A DNA stretch of 64,000 nt from an uncultured Candidatus Binatia bacterium (GTDB taxonomy: Bacteria > Desulfobacterota > Binatia > UBA9968 > JAJDTQ01): positions 1,728,001-1,792,000 of the forward strand of contig OZ219754.1 in assembly GCA_964291295.2 (NCBI GenBank), read 5' to 3'. The position numbers and the translations under genes were made by a program. Under the pieces are notes generated by a model. The model had not been told where the DNA came from. It saw nothing but the letters and a program-made list of their open reading frames with translations, and ran no database searches. Positions within the stretch are counted from its first letter, which is position 1. Each line of letters opens with the position of its first letter. Shown piece after piece: positions 28,923 to 38,775 of the stretch.

Positions 28923-28976
28923 CACGACAAGCGCACGATACGCGCACTACAAGCACTACAAGCGCATGATACGCGC
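28923..28976. repeat. Imperfect 23-bp direct repeat with 9-bp duplication
   Basis: CACGACAAGCGCACGATACGCGC / CACTACAAGCGCATGATACGCGC with CACTACAAG duplicated. Confidence 0.55.
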
Positions 28977-29002
28977 TCGATACCGGGAACGAGGGAAGAC
29001 CG

Positions 29003-30064
29003 ATGGCCAAAGTGTTCATATTCGCCCCCAACGACGAGAAGGGCGACTCCCACAGGAAGCTTGAGGAGAACGGTTGCGAACTGGTGCTGGGCAAGGCGGG
29101 CTGGCACACGCCGCAGGGGGACAACGAGGGCGAGATGGTCGCCATGGCCCGGGGAGCCCATGCGCTGGTGGGGACCTCCATCCGCAGCTCTCCCATCAGC
29201 CAGGCGGTCATGCAGAGTTCGAAGGATCTCCGGGTGGTGGCAAAGTACACCATCGGCGTGGATGACATTGATGTGGATGCCGCGACCGAGATGGGGATCA
29301 TGGTCTGCCACGCGCCGACGGAGTCCAACTGGGGCGGCGTGGCCGAGGGCACCATCGCCGGCATGCTTGCCATGCTCAAGCGCGTGCGCGAACGTGACCG
29401 TTCCCTCAAGTCCGGCACCGAGTGGCGCGACCTGAGCCTTCAGGGCACCTACGTGGGGTCGCGCGAGATGGACGGTTGGCCCGGCATCGTCCTGGGCATC
29501 ATCGGACTGGGGCGCATCGGCACCCGGGTCGCCAGGCTCATGAAGCCGTGGGGCATGAGGATGATCGCCTGCGATCCCTACGTGCCGGACGAGACGTTCG
29601 AGGAGGCCGGCGTCGAGAAGGTGGATCTGGCAACCCTCCTGCGGGAATCCGACGTGGTGACCCTCCACGTGGTTCTCACCGGGGAGACCCGCCACATGAT
29701 GGGCAGGGAGCAGTTTGCCCGGATGAAGAGAGACGCCATCTTCATCAATACCTCCCGCGGCGGTTGCGTGAACGAAACGGACCTGGCCGGCGCCCTGGAG
29801 AACGACGTCATCTCGGGCGCCGTCCTGGACGTGTTCGAGGACGAGCCGCTGCCCCTGGACAGCCGGCTGCGGAAGCTCGGCGACAAGGTGATCCTGTCGG
29901 CCCACATGGTTTCCTCCAACAAGGGCAGCGGCCTTCAGCCCGGCGTGGCCTGGGCCACCGAGTCGGTCCTGACCGCCCTCCGCGGCGAGGTTCCGGACAA
30001 CGTCTACAACAAGGGGGTCATCGAGCAGTGGAAGAGCCGCTTCGGAGGCAGGAGCCTCCTGTGA
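29003..30064 (+). CDS. D-isomer-specific 2-hydroxyacid dehydrogenase
   Basis: GIIGLGRIG, SDVVTLH, INTSRGG, LDVFEDEP, SAHM. Confidence 0.92.
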   Translation: MAKVFIFAPNDEKGDSHRKLEENGCELVLGKAGWHTPQGDNEGEMVAMARGAHALVGTSIRSSPISQAVMQSSKDLRVVAKYTIGVDDIDVDAATEMGIMVCHAPTESNWGGVAEGTIAGMLAMLKRVRERDRSLKSGTEWRDLSLQGTYVGSREMDGWPGIVLGIIGLGRIGTRVARLMKPWGMRMIACDPYVPDETFEEAGVEKVDLATLLRESDVVTLHVVLTGETRHMMGREQFARMKRDAIFINTSRGGCVNETDLAGALENDVISGAVLDVFEDEPLPLDSRLRKLGDKVILSAHMVSSNKGSGLQPGVAWATESVLTALRGEVPDNVYNKGVIEQWKSRFGGRSLL

Positions 30065-30193
30065 GCACGCTGCTCCGGTGTCCCGGCCGGCACGTGACCC
30101 CAGGGAACGGCTGACCGGCCGCCAACGGTCGGGGGGCTCCCGGACGGCTCCGGGAGTCCCGCTCCCTCCGGGCCCCTTTCGCAGATACCAGCG

Positions 30194-32125
30194 GTGGGAT
30201 CTCAGGACGTACAACGCGACCAGGATGCGGCCGAACTGCGCTCGTTCATCGCGCACCTGCTGCGGGACGTGCAGGCGCTGGAGCGGATGCTGTCCGGGGG
30301 CATGATCGAGTCCGGGGTGCACCGCATCGGGGTGGAGCAGGAGCTCTTCCTGGTGGATGCCGCCCGGCGCCCGGCGATGCTGGCGATGGAGCTGCTGGAG
30401 CGGGTGGCGGACCCCCACTACACCACCGAACTGGGCCTGTTCAACCTGGAGATCAATCTGGACCCGTTGCCGTTCGAGGGCGGCTGCCTGAGCCGGCTCG
30501 AGGGTCAACTCGCAACCGCCCTGGAGCGTTTGAGAGCGGCGGCGCACGAGCGGGACGCCGAAGTGGTGCTGGCGGGGATCCTGCCGACGTTGCGCAAGTC
30601 CGACCTGGCGCTGGCCCACATGACGCCGCGTCCGCGTTATCGGGCGCTCAACCGGGTGCTCACGCAACTCCGGGGCGGCGACTACGAGTTCCGGCTCAAG
30701 GGCGCGGACGAATTGGCCATCCGTCACGACTCGGTGATGCTCGAGTCCGGCTGCACCAGTTTCCAGGTGCACTACCAAGTGGAACCGGCGGAGTTCGCAC
30801 AGTGCTACAACCTGGCGCAACTCGTGACCGCACCGCTGCTGGCCGCCGCGGCCAACTCGCCCCTGCTGTTCGGGCGGCGGCTGTGGCGGGAGACGCGCAT
30901 CCCGCTGTTCCAGCAGTCCATCGACACCCGCCGCTCGGGCCAGCACATGCGCCAGCGCGCCGCCCGGGTGAGCTTCGGCCAGCAGTGGGTGCGACACTCC
31001 ATCCTGGAGTTGATCGAGGAAGACCTGGCGCGCTTTCGCGTCTTGCTGGGCGCGTCCCTCGAAGAGGACTCTCTGGGGGTTCTGGCGCGGGGCGGGCTGC
31101 CGACGTTGCCGGCCCTGCGCACCCACACCGGGACGGTCTATCGCTGGAACCGGGCCTGCTTCGGCACCGGCGAGGGCAAGGCCCATATCCGCATCGAGAA
31201 CCGCGTGCTGCCCGCCGGGCCCACGGTCCTCGACGAAGTGGCCAACGCGGCCTTCTTCCTTGGCATGCTGCGGGGCGGACAGGACGCCTACGGCGACGTG
31301 GGCCGGACCATGCCCTTCCACGACGCCGAAGCCAGCTTCCTGGCCGCCGCCCACCGGGGTCTCGACGCCCGGTTCACGTGGGTGCACGGCAAGTCGGTGC
31401 CTGCCGACGATCTCATACGCCGGGAACTGCTGCCGCTGGCGCGGCAGGGCCTGCGGGGGGCCGGCCTTGATGCCGCGGACGTGGACCGTTACCTGGGGGT
31501 CATCGAGCAGCGGGTGGCGTCGGGCCGGAACGGGGCGTCCTGGCTGCTGAGTTCTCTGGCGAAGATGCAGGGGGCGGACACCCGGGATGCGCTGCTGAGC
31601 GCCCTTGTCGCGGCCACCGCAAGGCGGCAATGGGAGGGAACACCCGTGCATGAATGGTCATTGGCGGAGATCCACGAAGGCCGCGGCGGCAAGCCGCAGG
31701 CCTTGCGCATCGAGGAGTTCATGACCACCGATCTCTTTACGGTTCACCCGGAGGAACCGCTGGAGCTGGTGGTCAAGCTCATGGACTGGAAACGCATCCG
31801 CCACGTGCCCGTGGAAGATGAGCAGGGCAAGGTGGCGGGTCTGATCTCCTGCTTCGAGGTTCTGCGGCAATGCGGGCCGGCCACCCCGGAAGCCGACGCC
31901 GATCCGGTGCCGGCCAGGGCCGTCCTGCAGCCGGACCCGGTGACCATTGCTCCGGAAGCCACGGTTACCGAGGCGGTGGCGCGGATGCGGCAGCGGCAAA
32001 GCGATTATCTGTTGGTCGTGAAGGAAGATCGACTGGTGGGGATCGTCACCGAAAACGACATCCTCCAGCTCACGGCGCGGCTGCTGGAGCAGCTGGCCGG
32101 GGAGGGGGTCCCCCATGGCGCTTGA
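30194..32125 (+). CDS. Glutamate-cysteine ligase (GCS2) family carboxylate-amine ligase with C-terminal CBS pair
   Basis: IGVEQELFLVD, TTELGLFNLEIN, TSFQVHYQV, ANSPLLFG, RIENRVLPAGPT; CBS motifs IRHVPVED and LVGIVTEND. Confidence 0.88.
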   Translation: MGSQDVQRDQDAAELRSFIAHLLRDVQALERMLSGGMIESGVHRIGVEQELFLVDAARRPAMLAMELLERVADPHYTTELGLFNLEINLDPLPFEGGCLSRLEGQLATALERLRAAAHERDAEVVLAGILPTLRKSDLALAHMTPRPRYRALNRVLTQLRGGDYEFRLKGADELAIRHDSVMLESGCTSFQVHYQVEPAEFAQCYNLAQLVTAPLLAAAANSPLLFGRRLWRETRIPLFQQSIDTRRSGQHMRQRAARVSFGQQWVRHSILELIEEDLARFRVLLGASLEEDSLGVLARGGLPTLPALRTHTGTVYRWNRACFGTGEGKAHIRIENRVLPAGPTVLDEVANAAFFLGMLRGGQDAYGDVGRTMPFHDAEASFLAAAHRGLDARFTWVHGKSVPADDLIRRELLPLARQGLRGAGLDAADVDRYLGVIEQRVASGRNGASWLLSSLAKMQGADTRDALLSALVAATARRQWEGTPVHEWSLAEIHEGRGGKPQALRIEEFMTTDLFTVHPEEPLELVVKLMDWKRIRHVPVEDEQGKVAGLISCFEVLRQCGPATPEADADPVPARAVLQPDPVTIAPEATVTEAVARMRQRQSDYLLVVKEDRLVGIVTENDILQLTARLLEQLAGEGVPHGA

Positions 32126-33296
32126 ATCCTCGGCCCCTCCGGAGCACCGGTTCCCGCGCTTTCTGGGCAGCTACGGCGGCGATACCGCCGGACCGCTGGT
32201 GGTGGGCGTGGGCGGCATGCACGGCAACGAACCCGCGGGCGTGCGGGCACTCCAGCAGGTGCTGCAGGCTCTGCACTCGGCCCACGTACCCTTCCGGGGC
32301 ACGCTGGCCGGGTTCGCCGGCAACCGGGCGGCCCTCGCCCGCGGCCGCCGTTACGTGGACGAGGACTTCAATCGCGTCTGGTCGCAGGAACGCGTCGCGC
32401 GCGCACGACACGGCGGTTTCTCCCCGAACGGGACCTCCGAGGAGCGGGAACAGCGCGAGCTGCTGGCGTCCCTGGACGCGCAACTGGCCCGGCGCCGCGG
32501 GCCGGTGGTCTGTCTGGATCTGCATACCACTTCCGCCGCGGGCACCCCCTTCGTGGTCATCGGCGACACCCTGCTGAACCGCCGGTTCGCCTTGCGCCTG
32601 CGCGCGCCGGTGGTGCTCGGGCTGGAGGAGCGGCTGGAGAGCACCATCCTCAACCATCTGGGGGAAGAGGGGCACGTGGCCGTGGGCTTCGAAGGGGGAC
32701 AGCACGATTCGCCCTCGGCGGTGGCCATCCACATGGCGGCCATCCGCACGGTCCTGGCAACCGCGGGATGCATCCGGGCCGGCGACCTGCCGTTGCCCGG
32801 CGACGCCTCCGACCCGGCGCCGGAAGATGCGCCGCCGGTGGTGGAGATCCGTCACCATCACGTGATCCGTGAGGGCGACGGTTTCGTCATGGAGCCCGGG
32901 TTCCGCAACTTCCAGCCGGTGGAACGCGGACAGGTTCTGGCCCGCGACCGCCGCGGGCCGGTCCGCGCCCGCGAGTCCGGTCAGATCCTCATGCCGCTCT
33001 ACCAGGGACAGGGAACCGACGGCTTCTTCCTGGTCCGGCCGGTGCGGCCGTTCTGGCTGCGGGCGGCCAAGTGGCTGCGCCGCCTGCGCATCGAGCGGCT
33101 TCTGCCGGCGCTGCCGGGTATACGAAGGTACCCGAACCGACCCGGGACCCTGGTGGTGGATCCGCGCATCGCCCGCTGGTTCGTGACCGAGTTGTTCCAT
33201 CTGCTGGGCTTTCGCAAGCGGCAATCGCGGGAAGGCAAGCTGATCGTCAGCCGCCGCTGGCACGAGCCCCGTGCGCTTGACGAGTTGCAGGGTTAG
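32115..33296 (+). CDS. Succinylglutamate desuccinylase/aspartoacylase (M14) family protein
   Basis: GGMHGNEPAG, DEDFNRVW, LDLHTTS, FEGGQH; overlaps the upstream ligase. Confidence 0.88.
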   Translation: MALESSAPPEHRFPRFLGSYGGDTAGPLVVGVGGMHGNEPAGVRALQQVLQALHSAHVPFRGTLAGFAGNRAALARGRRYVDEDFNRVWSQERVARARHGGFSPNGTSEEREQRELLASLDAQLARRRGPVVCLDLHTTSAAGTPFVVIGDTLLNRRFALRLRAPVVLGLEERLESTILNHLGEEGHVAVGFEGGQHDSPSAVAIHMAAIRTVLATAGCIRAGDLPLPGDASDPAPEDAPPVVEIRHHHVIREGDGFVMEPGFRNFQPVERGQVLARDRRGPVRARESGQILMPLYQGQGTDGFFLVRPVRPFWLRAAKWLRRLRIERLLPALPGIRRYPNRPGTLVVDPRIARWFVTELFHLLGFRKRQSREGKLIVSRRWHEPRALDELQG

Positions 33297-33762
33297 GGAA
33301 CATCGGATCAACCCCGATTTCGCCGGGGCTGCATGGATACCATCAACAGGTTGCGAGCAGCTCAATGTCGCGCCATCGCCTTGTTCAGCCCCTCCCCGGT
33401 CCCGGCATGCCATGGCCCTTCCGGATGGCTTCTTCCTCCGGGCGGCCGCCGCCGGGAGCCGGGCGGCAACCTGCCGGGATCGAAGAGGCCGTTGCCCGCG
33501 GCGCCCTTGCCTTGGCGGGCGGAAAGCCGCGCGCCGCTGTCTCGACGACCAAGCCGCCCGCACGGTCCCGCCATCCGGCGTGGAACGTTGGTCGCGCCTT
33601 GCCGCCCCGCCCGGCCGGTTCTCGAATCGCCGGCGATACCTGGAAGGAACCATCCGGGAGTGTTGCCGGGAAAATTGAAACCTGGACTGAAACCGGGGTT
33701 CGGATGGAGCCGGGGCGGGCGCCTTTCATGCGCGCGCCAGTGAAAGCGGGCGGTTCGATACC

Positions 33763-35595
33763 ATGACGTACAGGGGAGCCATGGCGGCGTTGGTGCTCGG
33801 CGTGACCGGCTGGCTCATGGCCGGGACCGGAGTCGCGCAGATGGCGCCGGAGTTCAGGACGGCGTCGTTGTGCGTGCCCGGTGCCGTGGACCGCCGCAAG
33901 GGCGAACTGCCGAGGCTGCTTTCCCGGCAGGACGCGGCGCTGTACCGAAGGGTCTTCACGCTGCAGGAGGAAGGGCAGTGGAAAGAGGCCGATGCGCTGA
34001 TCGGGCGCATCCGGGATCCAGTGCTGATGGGGCACGTCCGGTTTCAGCGCTTGATGCATCCCACCCGCTACCGTTCGTCCTACGGCGAACTCTGGACCTG
34101 GATGAACGCCTACGCGGACCATCCCGGCGCCCGGCGCGTGTACCGGCTCGCCAGGAAGCGGCAACCCCGGGGCTGGAAGTCGCCGAGGGCTCCCGCCCGT
34201 GCGGTGCTGGTATCCGAACTCAAGGCCGATCCGGTGTCCCCAAGGTCGAATGACCACCTCCGGACCGCCGAGGAGGCCGCCGACCGTTCGAGGGCGCGCC
34301 GGCCCGAGGTCCGCCAGGTTCATCGGAAGATTCGGGCGTTGGTGTCCGACGGCCAGGTGACCAAGGCCCTCCGTTTCCTGGAGCGGCCGCACCATGTCCG
34401 GGTTCTGGATGCGGTCAGCTTCGACCGGAACCTGGTCCAGATTGCCAAGGGGTACTATTTGTGGAACCGCGACCGCAAGGCGCTCGACGTGGCAAGACGC
34501 GCCATTGCGAGGTCGGGGGGCCGGGTTCCGCTGGCCTTCTGGTGGGGCGGCCTGGCGGCGTGGCGGCTGGACCAACACCGCGATGCCGCGCAGCTCTTCC
34601 GGACGCTGGCGGAGTCGAAATCGGTGACCACCTGGCTGGCGTCGGCCGGCGGCTACTGGGCCGGCCGCGCCTACCAGACGGTGGGCGCGCCAGGGCAGCG
34701 CACCGCCATGCTGCGCGCCGCCGCCCTGCATCAGCGTACTTTCTACGGCCTGCTGGCCCTCACCGCCTTGGGGGAATGCCCGCCGCTGGACTTCGACATG
34801 CTCCCGCTCAGCGCCGCCGACATCGACCACCTGCTGGGCATGCAACCCGTGCGCCGCGCCCTGGCCCTCGTTCAGGTCGGGCAGCATATGCGGGCGGGCA
34901 GCGAGTTGCGCCGATTCGCTCACCGCATGTCGCCGCAGCTGGCGCGCGTGATCCTTGCCCTGGCATCCGAGTCGGGCCTGGCCGATCTTTCCTACCGGGT
35001 CGCCGAGAGCCTGTTGAAGCGAACCGGCAGTCGGGTAGACGGGGTGGACGCGGCGCTCTACCCGTTGCCGGTGCGGGAGTGGGAGCCGGCCGGCGGGTAT
35101 ACGCTCGATCGCGCCTTTCTGTTCGCCGTGATGCGGCGGGAATCCAGGTTTCGCGCGGCCGCGCGCAGCCACCGGGGGGCCAAGGGGCTGATGCAGCTCA
35201 TGCCGCGGACAGCCGCCGTGATGGCCGGCAGGAACCACCTCGGGTCCGAACGCCGGGACCTGCTGGATCCGGTGGTGAACGTGACCCTGGGCCAGAAGTA
35301 CCTTCGCTACCTGCTGTCGCGGGACGAGATCGACGGCAACCTGTTCTACGCGCTTGCGGCCTATAACAGCGGTCCGTCACGGCTTCGGCAATGGCTGCGC
35401 AAGGTCGATGACCGAAACGACCCGCTGTTGTTCATCGAGAGCATCCCGGTCAGGGAAACGCGCATCTTCATCGAACGGGTGCTGACCAACATGTGGATCT
35501 ATCGGATCCGATTCGGGCAGGCCACCCGTTCCCTTGAGACCCTTGTCGCCGGCGGCTGGCCGATTTATGTCCCGCTGGACCCGGTCCGTTTCTGA
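33763..35595 (+). CDS. Soluble lytic murein transglycosylase (Slt-like)
   Basis: Signal peptide; MRRESRF, GAKGLMQLMP, AAYNSGP, ESIPVRETR. Confidence 0.9.
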   Translation: MTYRGAMAALVLGVTGWLMAGTGVAQMAPEFRTASLCVPGAVDRRKGELPRLLSRQDAALYRRVFTLQEEGQWKEADALIGRIRDPVLMGHVRFQRLMHPTRYRSSYGELWTWMNAYADHPGARRVYRLARKRQPRGWKSPRAPARAVLVSELKADPVSPRSNDHLRTAEEAADRSRARRPEVRQVHRKIRALVSDGQVTKALRFLERPHHVRVLDAVSFDRNLVQIAKGYYLWNRDRKALDVARRAIARSGGRVPLAFWWGGLAAWRLDQHRDAAQLFRTLAESKSVTTWLASAGGYWAGRAYQTVGAPGQRTAMLRAAALHQRTFYGLLALTALGECPPLDFDMLPLSAADIDHLLGMQPVRRALALVQVGQHMRAGSELRRFAHRMSPQLARVILALASESGLADLSYRVAESLLKRTGSRVDGVDAALYPLPVREWEPAGGYTLDRAFLFAVMRRESRFRAAARSHRGAKGLMQLMPRTAAVMAGRNHLGSERRDLLDPVVNVTLGQKYLRYLLSRDEIDGNLFYALAAYNSGPSRLRQWLRKVDDRNDPLLFIESIPVRETRIFIERVLTNMWIYRIRFGQATRSLETLVAGGWPIYVPLDPVRF

Positions 35596-35657
35596 CCAGG
35601 GACGGAGACCGATCCCGGTTCCGGGGATGCCGTCCGGGCCGGGCGTCGGGCGTTTCC

Positions 35658-36740
35658 CTACGGATGTACGTCCTGGGTGAACCATTCCGTGGGCAAGTTG
35701 CGGCCAACGCCCCTGGCGAGGGCCTCGCGGTAGACCTGTTGCGCCACCGCGGCGAACTGAAGGCCCTGGCCGACATTGTTGACGAAGGCCGTGGTCTCGT
35801 CCGGTGACTCTCTTCCCTTGACGGCGCCGATGATGGCTTGGGGCAGTTCCTGAAACCGGTCCCAGAGCGGGGTGGTGCGTTCGGACCACCAGCCTCCGTT
35901 ACCCTCCGGCGTCTCCACCGAAGGCGTGCGATAGACCTGCGGCCGGATGTTGGCCGGATTCCTGGAGAACAGGAACACCCGGTCGACGGCGTCGAGAAAG
36001 TCGCCGTCCATTTCCTGCACCTTGACGGCGCTGTAATGAACGCCGGGCCGCAGCCACCGGCGCTGGTGTACGGGTGCCATGGAGTTGGTGCCGCTCACCA
36101 CCAGATCGGCTCCCTCCACGGCCTCCTCCGCTGAAGCCACCGGCGTGAGCCGTGCCCCGACGCGCGGCGCCAGCTCCCGGCAGAACCGCTTCCGGTTCGC
36201 GGGATTCGGGCTGAACACCTTGACTTCGGTGATGGGCCGCACCGCGCAGTGGGCCATCAACTGTCCCCCTGCCTGCCATCCGGTCCCCAGGAGCGCCATG
36301 ATCGAACTGTCCCGCCGTGCCAGACAGCGCGCGGCGAGACCGTTGGCCGCGCCCACCCGCATGCGCGAGATATGACCATCGGGACAGATCATCACCGGCG
36401 CACCGGTCTCCATGCTGAACAGCAGCATGAGCCCGTTCCAGCGGCCGTCGGCCGAGGGCAGCCGGTCGCGCCGAATGTTGCCCCGGACCTCGGGCCACAC
36501 CAGCACGTCGCTGTTGATGCGCAGCGCGGCCATTCCCTCGTCCGGCCAGAGCCCGCTCATGGCCTTGAGGCTGTAGACTCCGCTGGCCTCGCCCGCGGTG
36601 GTGGGGGCCAGCGTGTCCACCCGCGGGCTGTTGACCGCCTCCCTGGCCTCCAGCGACCGTTGGGAGCGTTCGACGCAGTCCAGCGCCATCTCCATGGTCA
36701 GTATCCGGTCGATCTCTTCGTTGCTGAGCAGCAGTGTCAT
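35658..36740 (-). CDS. Ornithine cyclodeaminase / mu-crystallin family protein
   Basis: RMRVGAANG, LGTGWQA, GQGLQFAAVA. Confidence 0.88.
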   Translation of the reverse strand: MTLLLSNEEIDRILTMEMALDCVERSQRSLEAREAVNSPRVDTLAPTTAGEASGVYSLKAMSGLWPDEGMAALRINSDVLVWPEVRGNIRRDRLPSADGRWNGLMLLFSMETGAPVMICPDGHISRMRVGAANGLAARCLARRDSSIMALLGTGWQAGGQLMAHCAVRPITEVKVFSPNPANRKRFCRELAPRVGARLTPVASAEEAVEGADLVVSGTNSMAPVHQRRWLRPGVHYSAVKVQEMDGDFLDAVDRVFLFSRNPANIRPQVYRTPSVETPEGNGGWWSERTTPLWDRFQELPQAIIGAVKGRESPDETTAFVNNVGQGLQFAAVAQQVYREALARGVGRNLPTEWFTQDVHP

Positions 36741-36779
36741 GGGTCACCCTCCGAAAGACGCCGATGCCGCGGGCTTCGG

Positions 36780-36810
36780 TTGACGCGCCCGGTATTTTTG
36801 GTCATATATT
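36780..36810 (+). promoter_or_regulatory. Putative sigma70 promoter of tRNA-Phe
   Basis: TTGACG at 36780 and an AT-rich CATATATT at 36803-36810 just before the tRNA. Confidence 0.5.
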
Positions 36811-36818
36811 TTCCACTT

Positions 36819-36891
<73 letters not shown>

Positions 36892-37589
36892 CCTTCTCCA
36901 CCCGCCAGAGCCTTGTCACGAGTCGCCTCGACTCCATGTTCATGTCAGCGATCTGTTCAACAGCGGCCTGTTCATGACAGCAGCCTCATCCTCGGCCTGG
37001 TTCCCGTACCTGGCCACGCCGACGGGCCACCCCGACCGGCCATCGCGGCGGTCCGGATGCGGCAGTCCGACCTCGGCGCCGGCCTCGCGCGGGGTGTGGT
37101 GAATGCGCATGGAGTTACCGCGTCAGGCGTGGCACAATCCGGGGCGTGGCACAACTTCAGGGTGCAGAGGCAGCGTGAACCGGTCATGATGGCCGTTCCT
37201 GCCCCGGAACCGAGTCGGTCCCGACTGATGCCGGGTTGAACCCGAAGCGCGCACCGGCGGGAAGACCGGCGCGAACGTCGAACGAAGCCCCTCCGGCCTC
37301 GAATACGGGCGGACCGCGGCGTCACGGGAATCGACGAGAACGCACACGGATGGCAATCAAGGGGAGACGGGAGCAGATACAAGGGAGCAGACCGAAGGGG
37401 TCGGTTCATGCCCTCAGGGGCAGCTTCCTGGCGGTGGAGCCCGCCGGATGAGCGCGGGCCCATCAACGCGCAGGTGCGTATCCGCGCCGTGAATGCGGGC
37501 GGAGGTGCGCGGCAGGGTTCGCGGCCCGGGCCTGCCACTGCGGAGAGAACAATGGACCACGAGGCGCTCCACGGAATTTGATGCCGGCC

Positions 37590-38723
37590 ATGAATCATCC
37601 CATGCTGGAAGCCGCCAGGGCGCTGTCTCCGGCCATCCGGTCGGCCGCGGACCAGATCGAGGCGGAGCGCGCGTTGCCGCGCCCGCTGTTCGACGCGCTG
37701 GCGGATGCCGGCCTGTTCAAGCTCGGACTGCCGCGCTCCCTGGATGGGGTCGAGATCGACCTGCCGGGATACATCGACGTGCTGGAGGAGCTGGGCAGGG
37801 CGGACGCCAGCACCGCGTGGGTCGTCAACCAGTGCTCGATCTTCGCCGCGTACGCGGCGCGCATGGCCCCGGAGGTGGCCCGGGCCATCTGGACCGACAC
37901 GCCGCGCTGTGTCGTGGCCAATACCTCCATGCCCACCGCCGAGGCGGTGGCGGTGCCGGGCGGCTACCGGGTCACCGGCCGCCACCGGTTCAGTTCGGGA
38001 TCCCGGCACGCCTCCTGGTTCGCCGCCCGGGCGTGGATTCCGGAGGCCGGTGAGCGGATTCAGAAGTTCCTGTTCGTGCCGGCGGACGAGGTGGAGGTGC
38101 TGGATACCTGGAAGGTGCGCGGCATGAGAGGCACCGGAACCCACGACTTCGTGGTGGACGGCGCATTCGTCCCGGTGGAGCGGACGGTGCGGCACCTGGG
38201 CGCCCCGGTGGTGGAATCCGGACCGTTGTACCGCCTGTCTCTCGTCCTGTTGTTCGCTTCGGGTGACGGCGCGTTGGCGCTGGGGGCGGCCCAGGCGTGT
38301 CTGGATGCGTTCATGGAACTGGCCGGGGCCAGGACGCCCCACGCCATTCAGACCACGCTGCGGGATCAGCCGGCGGTGCAGGAGACCGTGGGGCGGAGCC
38401 TGGCCGCGCTGGCGTCCGGCCGGGCCTATCTGCGGGAGGCGGTCCGCAGCCTGTGGGCCGAAGCCGCTTCCGAGGGTCCGGTCACACTGGACCGCCGCGT
38501 GGCCATGCGCCTGGCTGCGACCCACTGCATCCGGGTGGCGGTGCAGGTGGTGGAGAGACTCTACAACGCCTCCGGGACAACGGCGATATACGAAGGCAAC
38601 CTCATCCAGCGACAGTTCCAGGACCTGCACGTCATCAGCCAGCACCAGCAGGCCCGCCAACTCGCCTACGAATTCGCCGGCAGGCACGGTCTCGGGCTGG
38701 AGATCGAAACGACGCGCCTCTGA
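37590..38723 (+). CDS. Acyl-CoA dehydrogenase-family flavin-dependent hydroxylase (oxygenase component)
   Basis: ADASTAW, FSSGSRHA, DTWKVRGMRGTGTHDF, IQRQFQDLHVISQH. Start uncertain (37578-37590). Confidence 0.85.
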   Translation: MNHPMLEAARALSPAIRSAADQIEAERALPRPLFDALADAGLFKLGLPRSLDGVEIDLPGYIDVLEELGRADASTAWVVNQCSIFAAYAARMAPEVARAIWTDTPRCVVANTSMPTAEAVAVPGGYRVTGRHRFSSGSRHASWFAARAWIPEAGERIQKFLFVPADEVEVLDTWKVRGMRGTGTHDFVVDGAFVPVERTVRHLGAPVVESGPLYRLSLVLLFASGDGALALGAAQACLDAFMELAGARTPHAIQTTLRDQPAVQETVGRSLAALASGRAYLREAVRSLWAEAASEGPVTLDRRVAMRLAATHCIRVAVQVVERLYNASGTTAIYEGNLIQRQFQDLHVISQHQQARQLAYEFAGRHGLGLEIETTRL

Positions 38724-38734
38724 CCCGGCGCGAT

Positions 38735-38762
38735 CCTGGAGCCGGCGGCCGCCGGCTCCAGG
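38735..38762. terminator. Perfect 28-bp palindrome between convergent genes
   Basis: CCTGGAGCCGGCGGCCGCCGGCTCCAGG. Confidence 0.6.
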
Positions 38763-38775
38763 GCGGGTACGGCGG

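Noticed and set aside
36892-37570. tRNA-Phe as an integration site, and short ORFs downstream
   Set aside because: No integrase and no duplicated tRNA 3' end were seen; the ORFs lack recognisable motifs.
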